Under the pieces are notes generated by a model, which saw nothing but the letters and a program-made list of their open reading frames with translations, searched no databases and was not told where the DNA came from. Shown piece after piece: positions 12,557 through 23,389 of a stretch of 64,000 nucleotides of DNA. The DNA comes from Batkoa obscura (lineage: Eukaryota): NCBI GenBank assembly GCA_030770535.1, contig JASVEC010000022.1, positions 310,001 through 374,000 of the forward strand, written 5' to 3'. The translations under genes were made by a program, and so were the position numbers. Each line of letters begins with the position of its first letter. Within the stretch, counting starts at the first letter, position 1.

Positions 12557-13476
12557 GTGTATTTCTTTTTAATAAAAAGATTTGTATTTATTATAGTTTT
12601 ATTTTTTTAAAATCATTGGCAGGTATTTTTTGTAAGGTATTAGTAATGAAGATTAAACCAATAGACTACAGGACCATTATCATTTGTTGCATATATTTTC
12701 AATAATTGTTTTATTAGCTGCTTTATATATATATCATCTTTAACTATGTCTAATTATAAAATTGGAAGTATATGCTAGGAAAATCATGGCTTTTTTGGCA
12801 AATCTTTAGAAGGCTATAGCGTTGGACATGTAAGGATGTCATACTACAAAAGGGCTTTCATTTTTAGATATACAAATGAAAACTAAAGAAAATAGCAATT
12901 GAATTAGAAATATCAGCAACTAAATTTCAATCAACGCTTTTCAAAAGGTAAATTCTGGGGTATATTTTTAGTTGTTAGAGGTTTCCTAAAATAGACCTAT
13001 CTAAGATAACCTTTTGTTATGTTTAATTAATAATAAATGAAATCTTATTTTTGTTATTTTGTAGTTTTAATTAAATAATATTAAAATAATAAAAATATGT
13101 GTAAAAATGAAAAAGTTATTATAATATAGTAATAAAAAGATGACACTATATCCATACAATAAAAAATATGCCATAACTAATTATAATATATCTTTTATAT
13201 GAATACAATCATAACTGTCGTTGCATTCTTTGAAATACAAATCAGTATCTAATTTTATTGACTATATATCCATACAATGTATTCCATCAACCATAAATAT
13301 ATTTCTTAGATGTTGAGTGGAATAACAAACTTTTAATATGTTGGGAGTTACATATTCTAAACTTTCATCTACAAATATCAATCTAAATGTATCATCTTTT
13401 AATGTTTGTTTATCTATGATTATTATCACAAAATGAGTTAGATTATATTCAGACTTAAATTCTTCTCTAACATTAT

Positions 13477-13575
13477 TGAAGGTGTTTTTTTTTATTTCAT
13501 CACTTTTTCATTTTTTGAACACTATTTGAGTGGAAAGATTGTTAGTAGAATTCTTAAACAAAAAATACATCCCCA
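13477..13575 (-). mobile_element. MITE family 1, inserted in a coding-like relic
   Basis: Reverse-complement copy ending tacatcccca. Confidence 0.7.
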
Positions 13576-13899
13576 TTTATTACTTCTTCATCTGGTGCAT
13601 TAATAAAATTTTCTTATAATACATAATCACCATCATAAGTACCATCGTCTTTATCTTCATCAAAGAGACCAAAACCATCTACAAATGGCTTACGGGTAAA
13701 ATAACATGAGATCATATCTGTCAATTATTTTTCCAATTAAAGATTGTCTATTTGGACGCGAAAAGAATAGGTATTTATACTATTTATCATCAAGTAGTAT
13801 AAGTCGAACCATTTATCCATGTACAATCTTAATGAATAACCGCCACTCCAATTATCACACTTGTGTTTGTTCAAGTAACGATTCACATTATTGACCTAT

Positions 13900-14290
13900 G
13901 ATTTAATGCAACGAATTCATTCTGACAAAGGTAATAGGCCAAACTACCAACACCAACCATAATAATATATGAGCAAATTAAATAAATGAATAAATAAATA
14001 AAAGCGCAGCAGCTCATCTTTATTTCTAAATTTTTCAAACATAGAACACAATTGTTGGCAAAGCCAAACATGCTATACAACTAATTTAAAAAAGTACAAA
14101 GAGGATTTCAATGAAACATTCATATTGGCCCTAATTTATATTTAAAAATATCATTTCAATTCCAAAGAGGCTCACCATGATTAATTGAATGAGCCTATAT
14201 ATCCACATATATAACACCCCGAATTGATGAAAAGCTGGTTTTCCACATATCAAATGTTTTAAAACTATTTCTTTATCAAATAAAAGACAT
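13900..14290 (-). pseudogene. Degraded fragment of a 7TM receptor paralog
   Basis: Nucleotide blocks match 15170-15550 (aaaagctgg..tccaca..tcaaatgttttaaa; catattg.cc.taatttatatttaaaaa; gccaaaca.gcta.acaactaa) but no intact frame. Confidence 0.7.
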
Positions 14291-14434
14291 CGTAACTTTC
14301 TGGTTATAGCCTCCCTTTTTGGAATGGAAGCATTTGATTAAAAAATCTGCAAGAGGCAATCAATGGGAAGGAGGCTAAATTGAAAAAAGAGAAATTTTCC
14401 AAAGTTGATGGGGGCCATACCAGAAAATGCAGTA

Positions 14435-14534
14435 TGGAGATACATCTTTTTGCTTAAGAATTTTACTAACAGTTTTTCCATTCAAATAGCGCTTAAAAAA
14501 TTGAAAAGTAATGGAACCAAAAAAAACACTCCCA
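14435..14534 (+). mobile_element. MITE family 1
   Basis: TGGAGATAC...CACTCCCA, TA flanks. Confidence 0.7.
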
Positions 14535-14690
14535 TATGTTGAATTTTTCTGGTATTGTAGTTTAGATCCTAAGCTAAAGAGCTAACATTTAATTTTATTA
14601 AAAGCATTTAAAAAAAGGAGTTTATTTCTCATACAAAGACTATTAACTTATTTTTATTAAATAAAAAAAATGTCGCTTATGATGAATTTA

Positions 14691-15677
14691 TTATGAGGAT
14701 TGATGATCAATTTTACGTCCTTTCTTTTTAAGTTTTTCAATAATTGAACCAAATATTGATTTTAAATCCATACAAATACTATCATGTAAAACCATTAATG
14801 TCAATGGGTTGATTACAGTAAAAAAAAATATGGCGACTAACGTTATAGAATCTTCCAAATGGCTTCTTAGCTGTGCCAATGCCTGTTCTTTGATACTAAT
14901 CACTATGAGAGGTATCACGCTTATGTTATAAAACAGCAACATGATACCTGTTCTGATATATGTGCTATGCTTCTGCCTATTTATATTTGATTTTAAAGTA
15001 TAAAATGAACAATTTAATTCCCTATTTATATTATCTTCTAGTAAACGGATAAATCGTTTAGCTAATGAAATGTAACAAGCATTAACCAAAAATAAACAAA
15101 CCAAGCAGAATAATATGATATACAAAGCAGTAAATCTTGTTAAAACATTTGTAGAAAGAGTATTAGGATAATAATACCTTTGTAATGGCATAAGTATAAA
15201 GTCCTTATTAAAAAACACAGCCAACCATAATAACAAATTAATGAATTGAAGAAATACAAACACAGAAGCCCATATCTTTGTTTTTATGTCCTTTTTTAAA
15301 CATAAAGCCCAATATCTTAATAAGGCCAAACACGCTACACAACTAACCGTAAAGAGTAGAAAGGAAACTTGAATAAGGCCATCATATTGACCATAATTTA
15401 TATTTAAAAAGACCTTTTTAATCCCCGTGATATTAAACGCTATCGTTTGGCAAAGTTTGTAAGTAACAAACATAGCGTCTCCAATCGATAAAAAGCTGGC
15501 TATCCACATGTCAAATGTTTTAAAGCCTTGTCTTTTTACTAAATAAAAAGCAAATAAATTAAAAATGATGGATAAGCCCATAAGTACAATTGCCGAATGA
15601 CTGTAAAAGACACTTTCAGAAATAAAACTACTAGTTGGCTGCAAGGACACCTTTTCCATATATAGTGTCGAATTCAT
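14691..15677 (-). CDS. Intronless 7TM protein, class-A (rhodopsin-like) GPCR-like
   Basis: Seven hydrophobic segments; TM1 Asn (IFNLF), TM2 Asp (LSIGD), TM3-end LALLRY (DRY-like), TM7 NP (INPL). Confidence 0.75.
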   Translation of the reverse strand: MNSTLYMEKVSLQPTSSFISESVFYSHSAIVLMGLSIIFNLFAFYLVKRQGFKTFDMWIASFLSIGDAMFVTYKLCQTIAFNITGIKKVFLNINYGQYDGLIQVSFLLFTVSCVACLALLRYWALCLKKDIKTKIWASVFVFLQFINLLLWLAVFFNKDFILMPLQRYYYPNTLSTNVLTRFTALYIILFCLVCLFLVNACYISLAKRFIRLLEDNINRELNCSFYTLKSNINRQKHSTYIRTGIMLLFYNISVIPLIVISIKEQALAQLRSHLEDSITLVAIFFFTVINPLTLMVLHDSICMDLKSIFGSIIEKLKKKGRKIDHQSS

Positions 15678-16107
15678 AATTAATTAATCAACTAAATTAT
15701 ACTGGATAGACTTCCTTTAGTATTAATTTATACCTTTGATTTGGTTATCTAAGTTAGTTCCTTACCGTGGTCAGAAACTAGCGGATTTGTTACTCTTAGA
15801 TCATTCTTTTTTTTACTACAGAATAAAAAATATAGTTTTTGTTTCTAGATTCGGGTAAGCTTCAGGCATCTAGATTGAGTCACAAGTAAAGCTAGAAATT
15901 ATTTAAGGATGGGGAATTATTAAAAGAATTTTCATCAAAACATAGTTGTCATATCCAAGCCACACGTTTGATAAATTAACTTTACTTGACGTAATATTTA
16001 TACTAAGTCATTATACTTCTATTTTACGTAAGTGGAAATGGCTCCCACTGTTACCACACCATAACTATTAAACTACCTCTACTCGATTCCGCTTAAATAG
16101 CTTATTC

Positions 16108-16346
16108 TATTAAAAAATTAATTAAAATTACCGAATTTTTTAAAACATCTGAACCATTAGTATGCCTAGCGTATACAGCACAATCAAAAACTTTTTAAAA
16201 TTTTTTAGTTATTAAATTTGGCGGGGTTTATTATTTAAAGTTGAACTAAAAAATTTTAAAAAGTTCTTGATTGTGCTGTATACGCTAGGCATACTAATGG
16301 TTCAGATGTTTTAAAAAATTCGGTAATTTTAATTAATTTTTTAATA
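16108..16346. repeat. Near-perfect fold-back inverted repeat (~103-bp arms, ~33-bp spacer)
   Basis: 16108-16210 is the reverse complement of 16244-16346 (catctgaaccattagtatgcctagcgtatacagcacaatc). Confidence 0.9.
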
Positions 16347-17132
16347 AAAATATCTAATGAAATATTTTACTGATAAATAGAGTTTTTAAGCGCATTTTAA
16401 ATAGTATTGAATATAAATCAAGTTTATTAAATTATTGGGTAAGCACTACTCAAAATTGTATATAGCATTTAATCATTGTTAGTCGAATTAAGTAAAAGGC
16501 AAATATCATATTAATTATCCCATTTTTAAAGATTAAGCTTAAGATTGCTTCTAAAAGTTCTAAAAGCTCTAAAAGGCGATACACTAATTTTCAGAAAAAT
16601 CAAAATCATTTTATCACAACTAATAGTTTTGAGTATGCTTACAATGTTGGACAAAAACGAGTGTATAGTAGTCCCTTTTTTACTTTTTCATTAATATTTA
16701 AATAAATTATTAGAAATTGATAAAGTTTTTTTGAAAGTCGACTGATAAAAACATTAAACTTTAGCCAAAAATAAAATTACTCACCCCATTCTCTTCCACA
16801 CTATTGTTTCGTCTATATACTTTAAACTTATTCCAGAAATAAAACTCTCAGGTACTCCCATCCTCAAAAGTTATAAAAGAGCTGCATATCTCTATAAGAG
16901 AAATAAAGAATAAAAAAGCTATGTCAAGAGGTTGACATAAAACTATAACTTGGTTTTTAAAATATCCTTCATTTTTTGCATATTCTTAGGAGTACAAATT
17001 AATTTATTGATTAAACTAATTTTATAAAAATAGCGGTTTACACCAGCTTTTCCAAAAATCAATGTTTTTAAGGGATGAAATCTGAATTAACATTTCTTAT
17101 TGAATTTTAAATTTAACCTTTTACTTTATTAA

Positions 17133-17770
17133 ATAATAACAAATATCATATGATCTGAGAGCATTACATATGAAGAAAGAGTGCAATATAATTACTAAAA
17201 TGCAACCCATTTGGATTATTCATTGATAAAATAGTAACATAAAATAGGGAGTAACCATATGGTTAATAGGACTAAGTGATAGTTATAAACCAGCTGCTCT
17301 ATTTCATTGCAAAAAATAATAACTAAAAGTGGCACCCAAAAAGGTTATTCTTTGGATAACTGATAATGCTCGATTTGGTTCAAACAAGGCTTAAGCTTTT
17401 TAGATGAAATTAAGGTCGAAAATACAAAAATAGGTTATACCTTATAATTATATTCAAATGTCTAATAAACCTATTAACTTAGATATTAAAATCATTTGAT
17501 CATAGTAGTTTAAGCACTTATTTCTTTTGTTTCTCTCCTTATTAAATACCTTGAATTTGTTTAAAAAATAATTTTATTTTAATAAGAAAATTGTTAAATT
17601 TATTCATGATTTATTTTTGAATTAAGTTGATACCCAAGTCTTTTAAAAGTAGTAAAAAATAAGAGATTTAAAAGGGTTTATATCAAGAAAAAAGACCATG
17701 AGATAATTAAGCTAAAATTTTCAGTCAGTAATCATTTAACTTATAAAAGTTCATTTTAAAAATATATAGA
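17133..17770 (+). pseudogene. Unprocessed pseudogene of adenylyl-sulfate (APS) kinase
   Basis: Colinear with 55201-56000: TNII*SESITYEERVQYN, GVTIWLIGLSDSYK, DNARFG, KGLYQ; ATG lost, stops and frameshifts, introns retained. Confidence 0.8.
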
Positions 17771-17774
17771 ACAA

Positions 17775-17847
17775 AGCCCAACGCGGGGGTCGAACCCGCA
17801 ACCTTGTGATTAAGAGTCACACGCTCTGCCGATTGAGCTAGCCAGGC
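17775..17847 (-). tRNA. tRNA-Lys(CTT)
   Basis: 73-nt cloverleaf; anticodon arm TGTGA-CTCTTAA-TCACA; GGTTCGA T-loop. Confidence 0.95.
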
Positions 17848-17927
17848 TTTCTGTTTTTATAATTTTTAAAAGCTAATTAATATATAAATAATTTTTTTAT
17901 ACTTTTTTGACTTTGGCAAGTTATAAT

Positions 17928-18028
17928 TGGGGGTGTTTTTTTTGGCTTCACTGTTTTTTCCATTTTTTAAGCGCTATTTGAGTGGAAAAATTGTTGTTAA
18001 AATTCTTAAATACAAAAGTACATCCCCA
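17928..18028 (-). mobile_element. MITE family 1
   Basis: TGGGGGTG...CATCCCCA termini. Confidence 0.75.
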
Positions 18029-18458
18029 TATAGTAATTTTAATTTGCTCATTTTTAATCTTTTTTGTACTTTTAATAACAGGTTGTAATATTAATATTTT
18101 ATTGTTATTAATTATTTTTAAATAATCATATTGATTTTTACCTACATTAAATCCAAAACTTTTATATTATTAAAAAAACATATTGAAGTTATATTTGATA
18201 ATAATTCTACTTGTTAGTTTTTATTTCCTGTTTCTTTTAAAGCACTGATTTTATACACTGCTTGATTAAGTTTATTATTAATAGTAATTTTGATTTTTAT
18301 TTTGTTTATTTTATTATAAAATTCTATAAACTCTGATTTATTATAAATAGTTATTAAAATTGATTTAAGTGAGTTACAACGTTTATATAATGTGTTTTTT
18401 TTTATTGTATTAAAATTTTTAAAAATTCCATTTTGAAGTTTAGTTATAAAAGCTTACA

Positions 18459-18559
18459 TGGGGATGTATTTTTGTGTTTAAGAATTTTACTAACAATTTT
18501 TCCGCTCAAATAGCGCTTAAAAGATGGAAAAAATAATGAAGTCAAAAAAAACACCCCCA
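18459..18559 (+). mobile_element. MITE family 1
   Basis: TGGGGATG...CACCCCCA, flanked by CA/CA 2-bp duplication. Confidence 0.75.
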
Positions 18560-19062
18560 CATTTTGTTTTAATTTTAATAAAAAATAATGTTAAATAACT
18601 ATATATTTGTATATTATATATCTGTTAAACATTTAATAAAAATAAAACAATTAAAGTCTTTTAAGTTAAATTTTTTTATTTAATTTTAAGCTTTTTAAAT
18701 TTAATTAATTATATATTAAGGACTTATAAATTTAAAAACTTAAAATTTAGATTAATTTTTAACTAAATTCTGAAATTAATTTATACATTCCTATATTATT
18801 TAAAAACATTTAATTTCTCAGTAATAATTCTTCTATAATAATATTGTCTCATATTGTATTGTATATTTGGCTCTTTTTATTGTAATTATAAGGCATTATT
18901 TTTATATAATCTTAAATAAGCAAAATACTTTTTATGTTATGTTCTAATAGGGATCAAAAAATTTGAGCTACTTTACTAAAATTTATTAATAAATTCTAAA
19001 AATAAATTTAAAATTAGAATTTAAAACAAGTAAGCATTTAAAAATAAGGCTTAAACCCGATT

Positions 19063-19389
19063 TTAATAATATGGTGTAGGACAGTAAGAAGGTTTAACGG
19101 TAACAGTCTTAGTACCAATTGAAGTTACAATTTGAGTAGAAGTAACAGTCTTAGGAGTACAAGGAGTAGGACAATTAGTTGGCTTATTGGTAACTGTGGC
19201 AGTTGAAGTCAAAGCTACAATTGAGGTTTGAGTAACTGTCTTTGGATTACATCCATGACCGCCACCACCACCTTTTCCATAGCCTCCGTTACTATCGTCG
19301 CCATAGCCACTACCATAGTCATCTTGGTATGTAGCATTAATAGCCGAGAAAAGGAGGACCATCCAGCTGAGTAATAAATATTTGATCAT
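19063..19389 (-). CDS. 'Long' secreted PYY protein, diverged, cassette C (108 aa from ATG 19389; alternative start 19407)
   Basis: MIKYLLLSWMVLLFSAINA signal aligns with other copies; Gly/Tyr/Asp linker, two Cys modules, CPTPYY. Confidence 0.85.
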   Translation of the reverse strand: MIKYLLLSWMVLLFSAINATYQDDYGSGYGDDSNGGYGKGGGGGHGCNPKTVTQTSIVALTSTATVTNKPTNCPTPCTPKTVTSTQIVTSIGTKTVTVKPSYCPTPYY

Positions 19390-19982
19390 TTTTGTCTTTT
19401 TTGTCATAAAAGACCGAGCTCTATTACATCCCTTTTTATAGCTGGATAAAGACTAGCTTTAAAAAATACATGAAAATAAAAAAGTGGGCTTTTAAAGGAA
19501 TCTATTTTTAATTGAAACCGGTCACAATGAACTACCTCATTGACACATTAAAAGAATAGCAATGTTGGACTGTTTAGCTATTCATGACTTTAGTCTAATT
19601 TAAACCGTTAAGGTTTCTTATCTCTGAGAGTTAAATTTGTAACTTTATAATTACACAACCTTTGAGTTAAGCATCACATTTAATGATATTTTTAGAATAA
19701 CCTTTTGGTTGCTAATGAAAAGATAATACACTAAATTTAAATTAAGCTACTAAGACTTCTTACTTTAAACTAACAGTATTCTTAAGAGATATTTTAATGT
19801 ATTGATAAAATTACTTCATTATGATATTTTATTTTATAATCAATTTAAAAATAACTACTCTTTTAAACAAAGGCTTAGGATCCGTAATAGTTCCTTTAGT
19901 TATTGCCTTCATATCTGAAGTATATATAAAAGAAAATGGTAAAGGACTATAACTGAAAAAAAACCAAGCCATTGAAATCAAA

Positions 19983-20150
19983 ATGAGATTTTTAGCTGCT
20001 GTTATATTATTTGCTGCCTCTACTCTTGCTCAAGCTTATGGCTCTGGAGGTAGTTGCAAAGATATTACCAAAGTTGTCACTAGTACTGCCACTGCTTATG
20101 TTACTAAAACTGTACAAGGAACTTGTCCTACTATTCCTCCTTACTATTAA
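19983..20150 (+). CDS. 'Short' secreted PYY peptide, cassette C (55 aa)
   Basis: MRFLAAVILFAASTLAQAYGSGGSCKDITKVVTSTATAYVTKTVQGTCPTIPPYY*. Confidence 0.85.
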   Translation: MRFLAAVILFAASTLAQAYGSGGSCKDITKVVTSTATAYVTKTVQGTCPTIPPYY

Positions 20151-20722
20151 ATGCAGTTTGTTTCAATAAAATATCCATATTGACTATAGCTATTGTTTTA
20201 AAAAATTGTGAATGCCTTTAACGACTGTCTTCTACTTATCATAAACATTAAAATTTAAAAATCTATTATTCATTACTATAATTTTTAATAAGTGTCTTAT
20301 GACCTATTGTATTAGGATTTTCCATGGTTATAACCTATTACAATAACTAGAAATTAAACATAAATGCTAACAAATTGACAAAGTTTGTTTTGAAAATTAA
20401 ACTAGTCATACAAATATTTAAAACTCTACCTGAGTTAAAGTAGCAAAGTTTATTTGTAGTTCTAACTATACCTTTAAGTTTACGTTATGAGATAAAATAA
20501 GGTTATATAGAGCTTTGATACGTAGCTATATATGAATCAATATAAGTATAATAATTGATACAGCTTCGTAACTTGATTTTTTTTTGTTTTTAATGAAAAA
20601 TATTTGCTGTAAACTATTATAGTTAGAGGCTATTTTTTTTATACAGTAAAACATTTGGGAGCTTATACTAAAGATCTAGGAAAATTAGTATTAACTTTTT
20701 AATAAAAATATAAAATAACAGA

Positions 20723-20816
20723 TGGGGATGTATTTTTGTGTTTAAGAATTTTACTAACAATTTTTCCGCTCAAATAGCGCTTAAAAGATGGAAAAAATAA
20801 TGAAGCCAAAAAAACA
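20723..20816 (+). mobile_element. MITE family 1 (right terminus truncated)
   Basis: Nearly identical to 18459-18553. Confidence 0.7.
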
Positions 20817-20841
20817 TTAATTTAAACAATAAATATTGTAA

Positions 20842-20914
20842 AGCCCAACGCGGGGGTCGAACCCGCAACCTTGTGATTAAGAGTCACACGCTCTGCCGAT
20901 TGAGCTAGCCAGGC
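20842..20914 (-). tRNA. tRNA-Lys(CTT)
   Basis: Identical to 17775-17847. Confidence 0.95.
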
Positions 20915-21200
20915 TTTTGCTGTTGCTAGTTGATAATGAGTTAAATAATATATATATAGCAAAATTTTCTGTCTCAATTTTAGACAGTATGAATCTTTTT
21001 TAATATTTACAATAGGAGTCAAAATACTTAATTTCTCAATGATAATTCTTCTATAATAATATTGTCTCATATTGTATTGTATATTTGGCTCTTTTTATTG
21101 TAATTATAAGGCGCTATTTTTATACAGTCTTAAGTAAATAGAATATTCTTTATGCTATGCTCTAATAGTGTCAAAAGACTTGAGCTACTTAACCAAAAAT

Positions 21201-21342
21201 TACTAGTATGGATTTGATGAAATGAGCCAGCGTGAAAGTGGGGAAAATTTACTTAATTACTAACAATTGTTCGTTGTAGATAGTAATTGGGCAAATTTTT
21301 TGCTCCTTCACACTGTTTTACTTCATCAAATCCACACTAGTA
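21201..21342. mobile_element. Small TIR element (MITE family 2)
   Basis: TACTAGTATGGATTTGATGAA / TTCATCAAATCCACACTAGTA termini; absent from the paralogous flank at ~18985. Confidence 0.75.
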
Positions 21343-21413
21343 AATTCCAAAAATAAATTTAAAATTAAACTTCAAAACAAATAAGCATTTAAAAATAAGG
21401 TTTAAAACCAATT

Positions 21414-21695
21414 TTAGCAATAAGGTGTAGGGCAATAAGAAGGCTTGATGGTAACAGTATTAGTACCAGTAAAAGCAACAACCTTAATGAAGGCAATGGT
21501 TTTAGAATGCCGAGGCTTAGGACAATTGATTGAACTTCTGATTACTGTTGCACTTTTAGTTAATGTTTACTTTGAAGTCTTTATATCTGTTTTTGGGTTA
21601 CACATGATGTCACCCCGGTAACCATAGCTGATTTAATATGTAGCTTTAACAGCCTAAAAAAAGATTATAACTTTATTAAACAATAACAATTTCAT
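21414..21695 (-). pseudogene. Pseudogene of the 'long' PYY protein, cassette D
   Basis: 94 colinear codons from ATG with three in-frame stops; ends KPSYCPTPYC*; third Cys lost. Confidence 0.85.
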
Positions 21696-22337
21696 TTTTT
21701 TGTTTTATCGTACAGAAATAGACATCACCGTGCCCCACTCCATAGCCAGAAAAGGATTAGTTTTAAAATAAATACTTAATATAAATACACACCTTTAAAA
21801 AATCTATTTTTACAATTGAAAGAAACATCAATAAGGTATTTTATGGGTATTTTATGCCATATAACCATCACTCTATTCAAATAATGTCGCCATTAGTTTA
21901 ACTACTTCTTTAAGATTGCTTAAGCTTATTTTCTAGTTTTAACTTTTTAAAAAGCCGTCACATCCTCTTATGGCATTGATTAGAATAGTTTTAATTTCTA
22001 ATAAAATAAATAAAAAATGAGTGAATTTAAAATAAACTACTAAAACTTCACTATAGAGTGGCAATATTCTATAAAAAAATAATGGCATCATTGTACCTTA
22101 AAAAAGCGAGGAAGGGTAATAGTATTCTGGAGGGTTGCTTTAAGTGTATTAATAAGACCAATTATTTCACCTTTTCGCTACTTTAGAATAAAATATAAAA
22201 CTACTCCTCGTTTTAAACAAAGGCTTAAGATCGATAATCATTTTTTTAGATAGTGTCTTGGCGTCTAAAGCCTATATAAATTAGCAACTTGAAGGATTAA
22301 GATTATAAAAAATTAAAACCGAATCACCAAAATCAAA

Positions 22338-22505
22338 ATGAAGTGTTTAGCTATCGTTGTATTGTTTGTTACCTCTGCTTTTTCGCAAGGCTATGGTTCT
22401 GGAAATACCTGCAAAGATGTTACAAAGGTTGTCACTAGTACTGCCACTGCTTATGTTACTAAAACTGTACAAGGAACTTGTCCTACTATTCCTCCTTACT
22501 ATTAA
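22338..22505 (+). CDS. 'Short' secreted PYY peptide, cassette D (55 aa)
   Basis: MKCLAIVVLFVTSAFSQGYGSGNTCKDVTKVVTSTATAYVTKTVQGTCPTIPPYY*. Confidence 0.85.
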   Translation: MKCLAIVVLFVTSAFSQGYGSGNTCKDVTKVVTSTATAYVTKTVQGTCPTIPPYY

Positions 22506-23389
22506 ATGCAATTTGGTTCAATAAAATATCCATATTGATTATAGTTATTTTTTAAATATTAAAAGCAGCCGTAACTATTATTTCTATTATTTTAAAGTAT
22601 TAAATTCTGAAAACTATCGAAATGTATTATAAGACTGTTGTTTATTATCAGAACTACCGCTATTTTTTAACATGTTGATGTTCATCAAAATCAAAAAAGT
22701 TAGACTAGTATATTAATAAAAAAAACTGGGAAAAGATTAAACTTCAAATGTAAAGATACTTAAATCCCTTGTTTGTTTCTGAATTTCGATTTTCTAGACT
22801 ATGTGTAGAGTCTGAACAAAACCATGTTTTTCTAAAGAGTCTCCTGATCCTTAGTTTTATTCATTCTTCATTGAATGAAAAATAGCGCGGACTAAAGAGT
22901 TTGAGTTCATCAAAACTTGCTTAGGCTGAAACCATAATAGCAGGTAAGCTTTATCCAGCTGGTCCTCAAACTATATTCTCTAGTCTGTTTGAATTTGTTT
23001 ATAAATCACTAGACAGTTTGGCTATTGGAATAGACTAATATATATATATATAGATATTATTAATAATAAACCAAAAAATTATCTTAAAATCTTTTGGCAA
23101 TACTTAATTTAGCCTCAACAGTGATAAAATTAAGTCCTAGTAATTTTTTTTTCATAGCTAATAAGTATCAAATTATTGATCAATTTATAATTTTAAAAAA
23201 GCTGAAACTCAACCATTAGATTTAACTGATAAAATGGCCAACAATTACTTTATAAAACAAAGGTATTAAAATAGATATATTGAAAGGCATATTAAATAAA
23301 AAAGAATATCTACATTATTAAAACAAAAACTCTAAATCAAAAGCATACAACAAAAAAAGAGGTTGACAACCACAAATTCAATTTTACTT

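Noticed and set aside
20822..21070. 82-aa ORF
   Set aside because: Runs through the tRNA-Lys gene and duplicated non-coding flank
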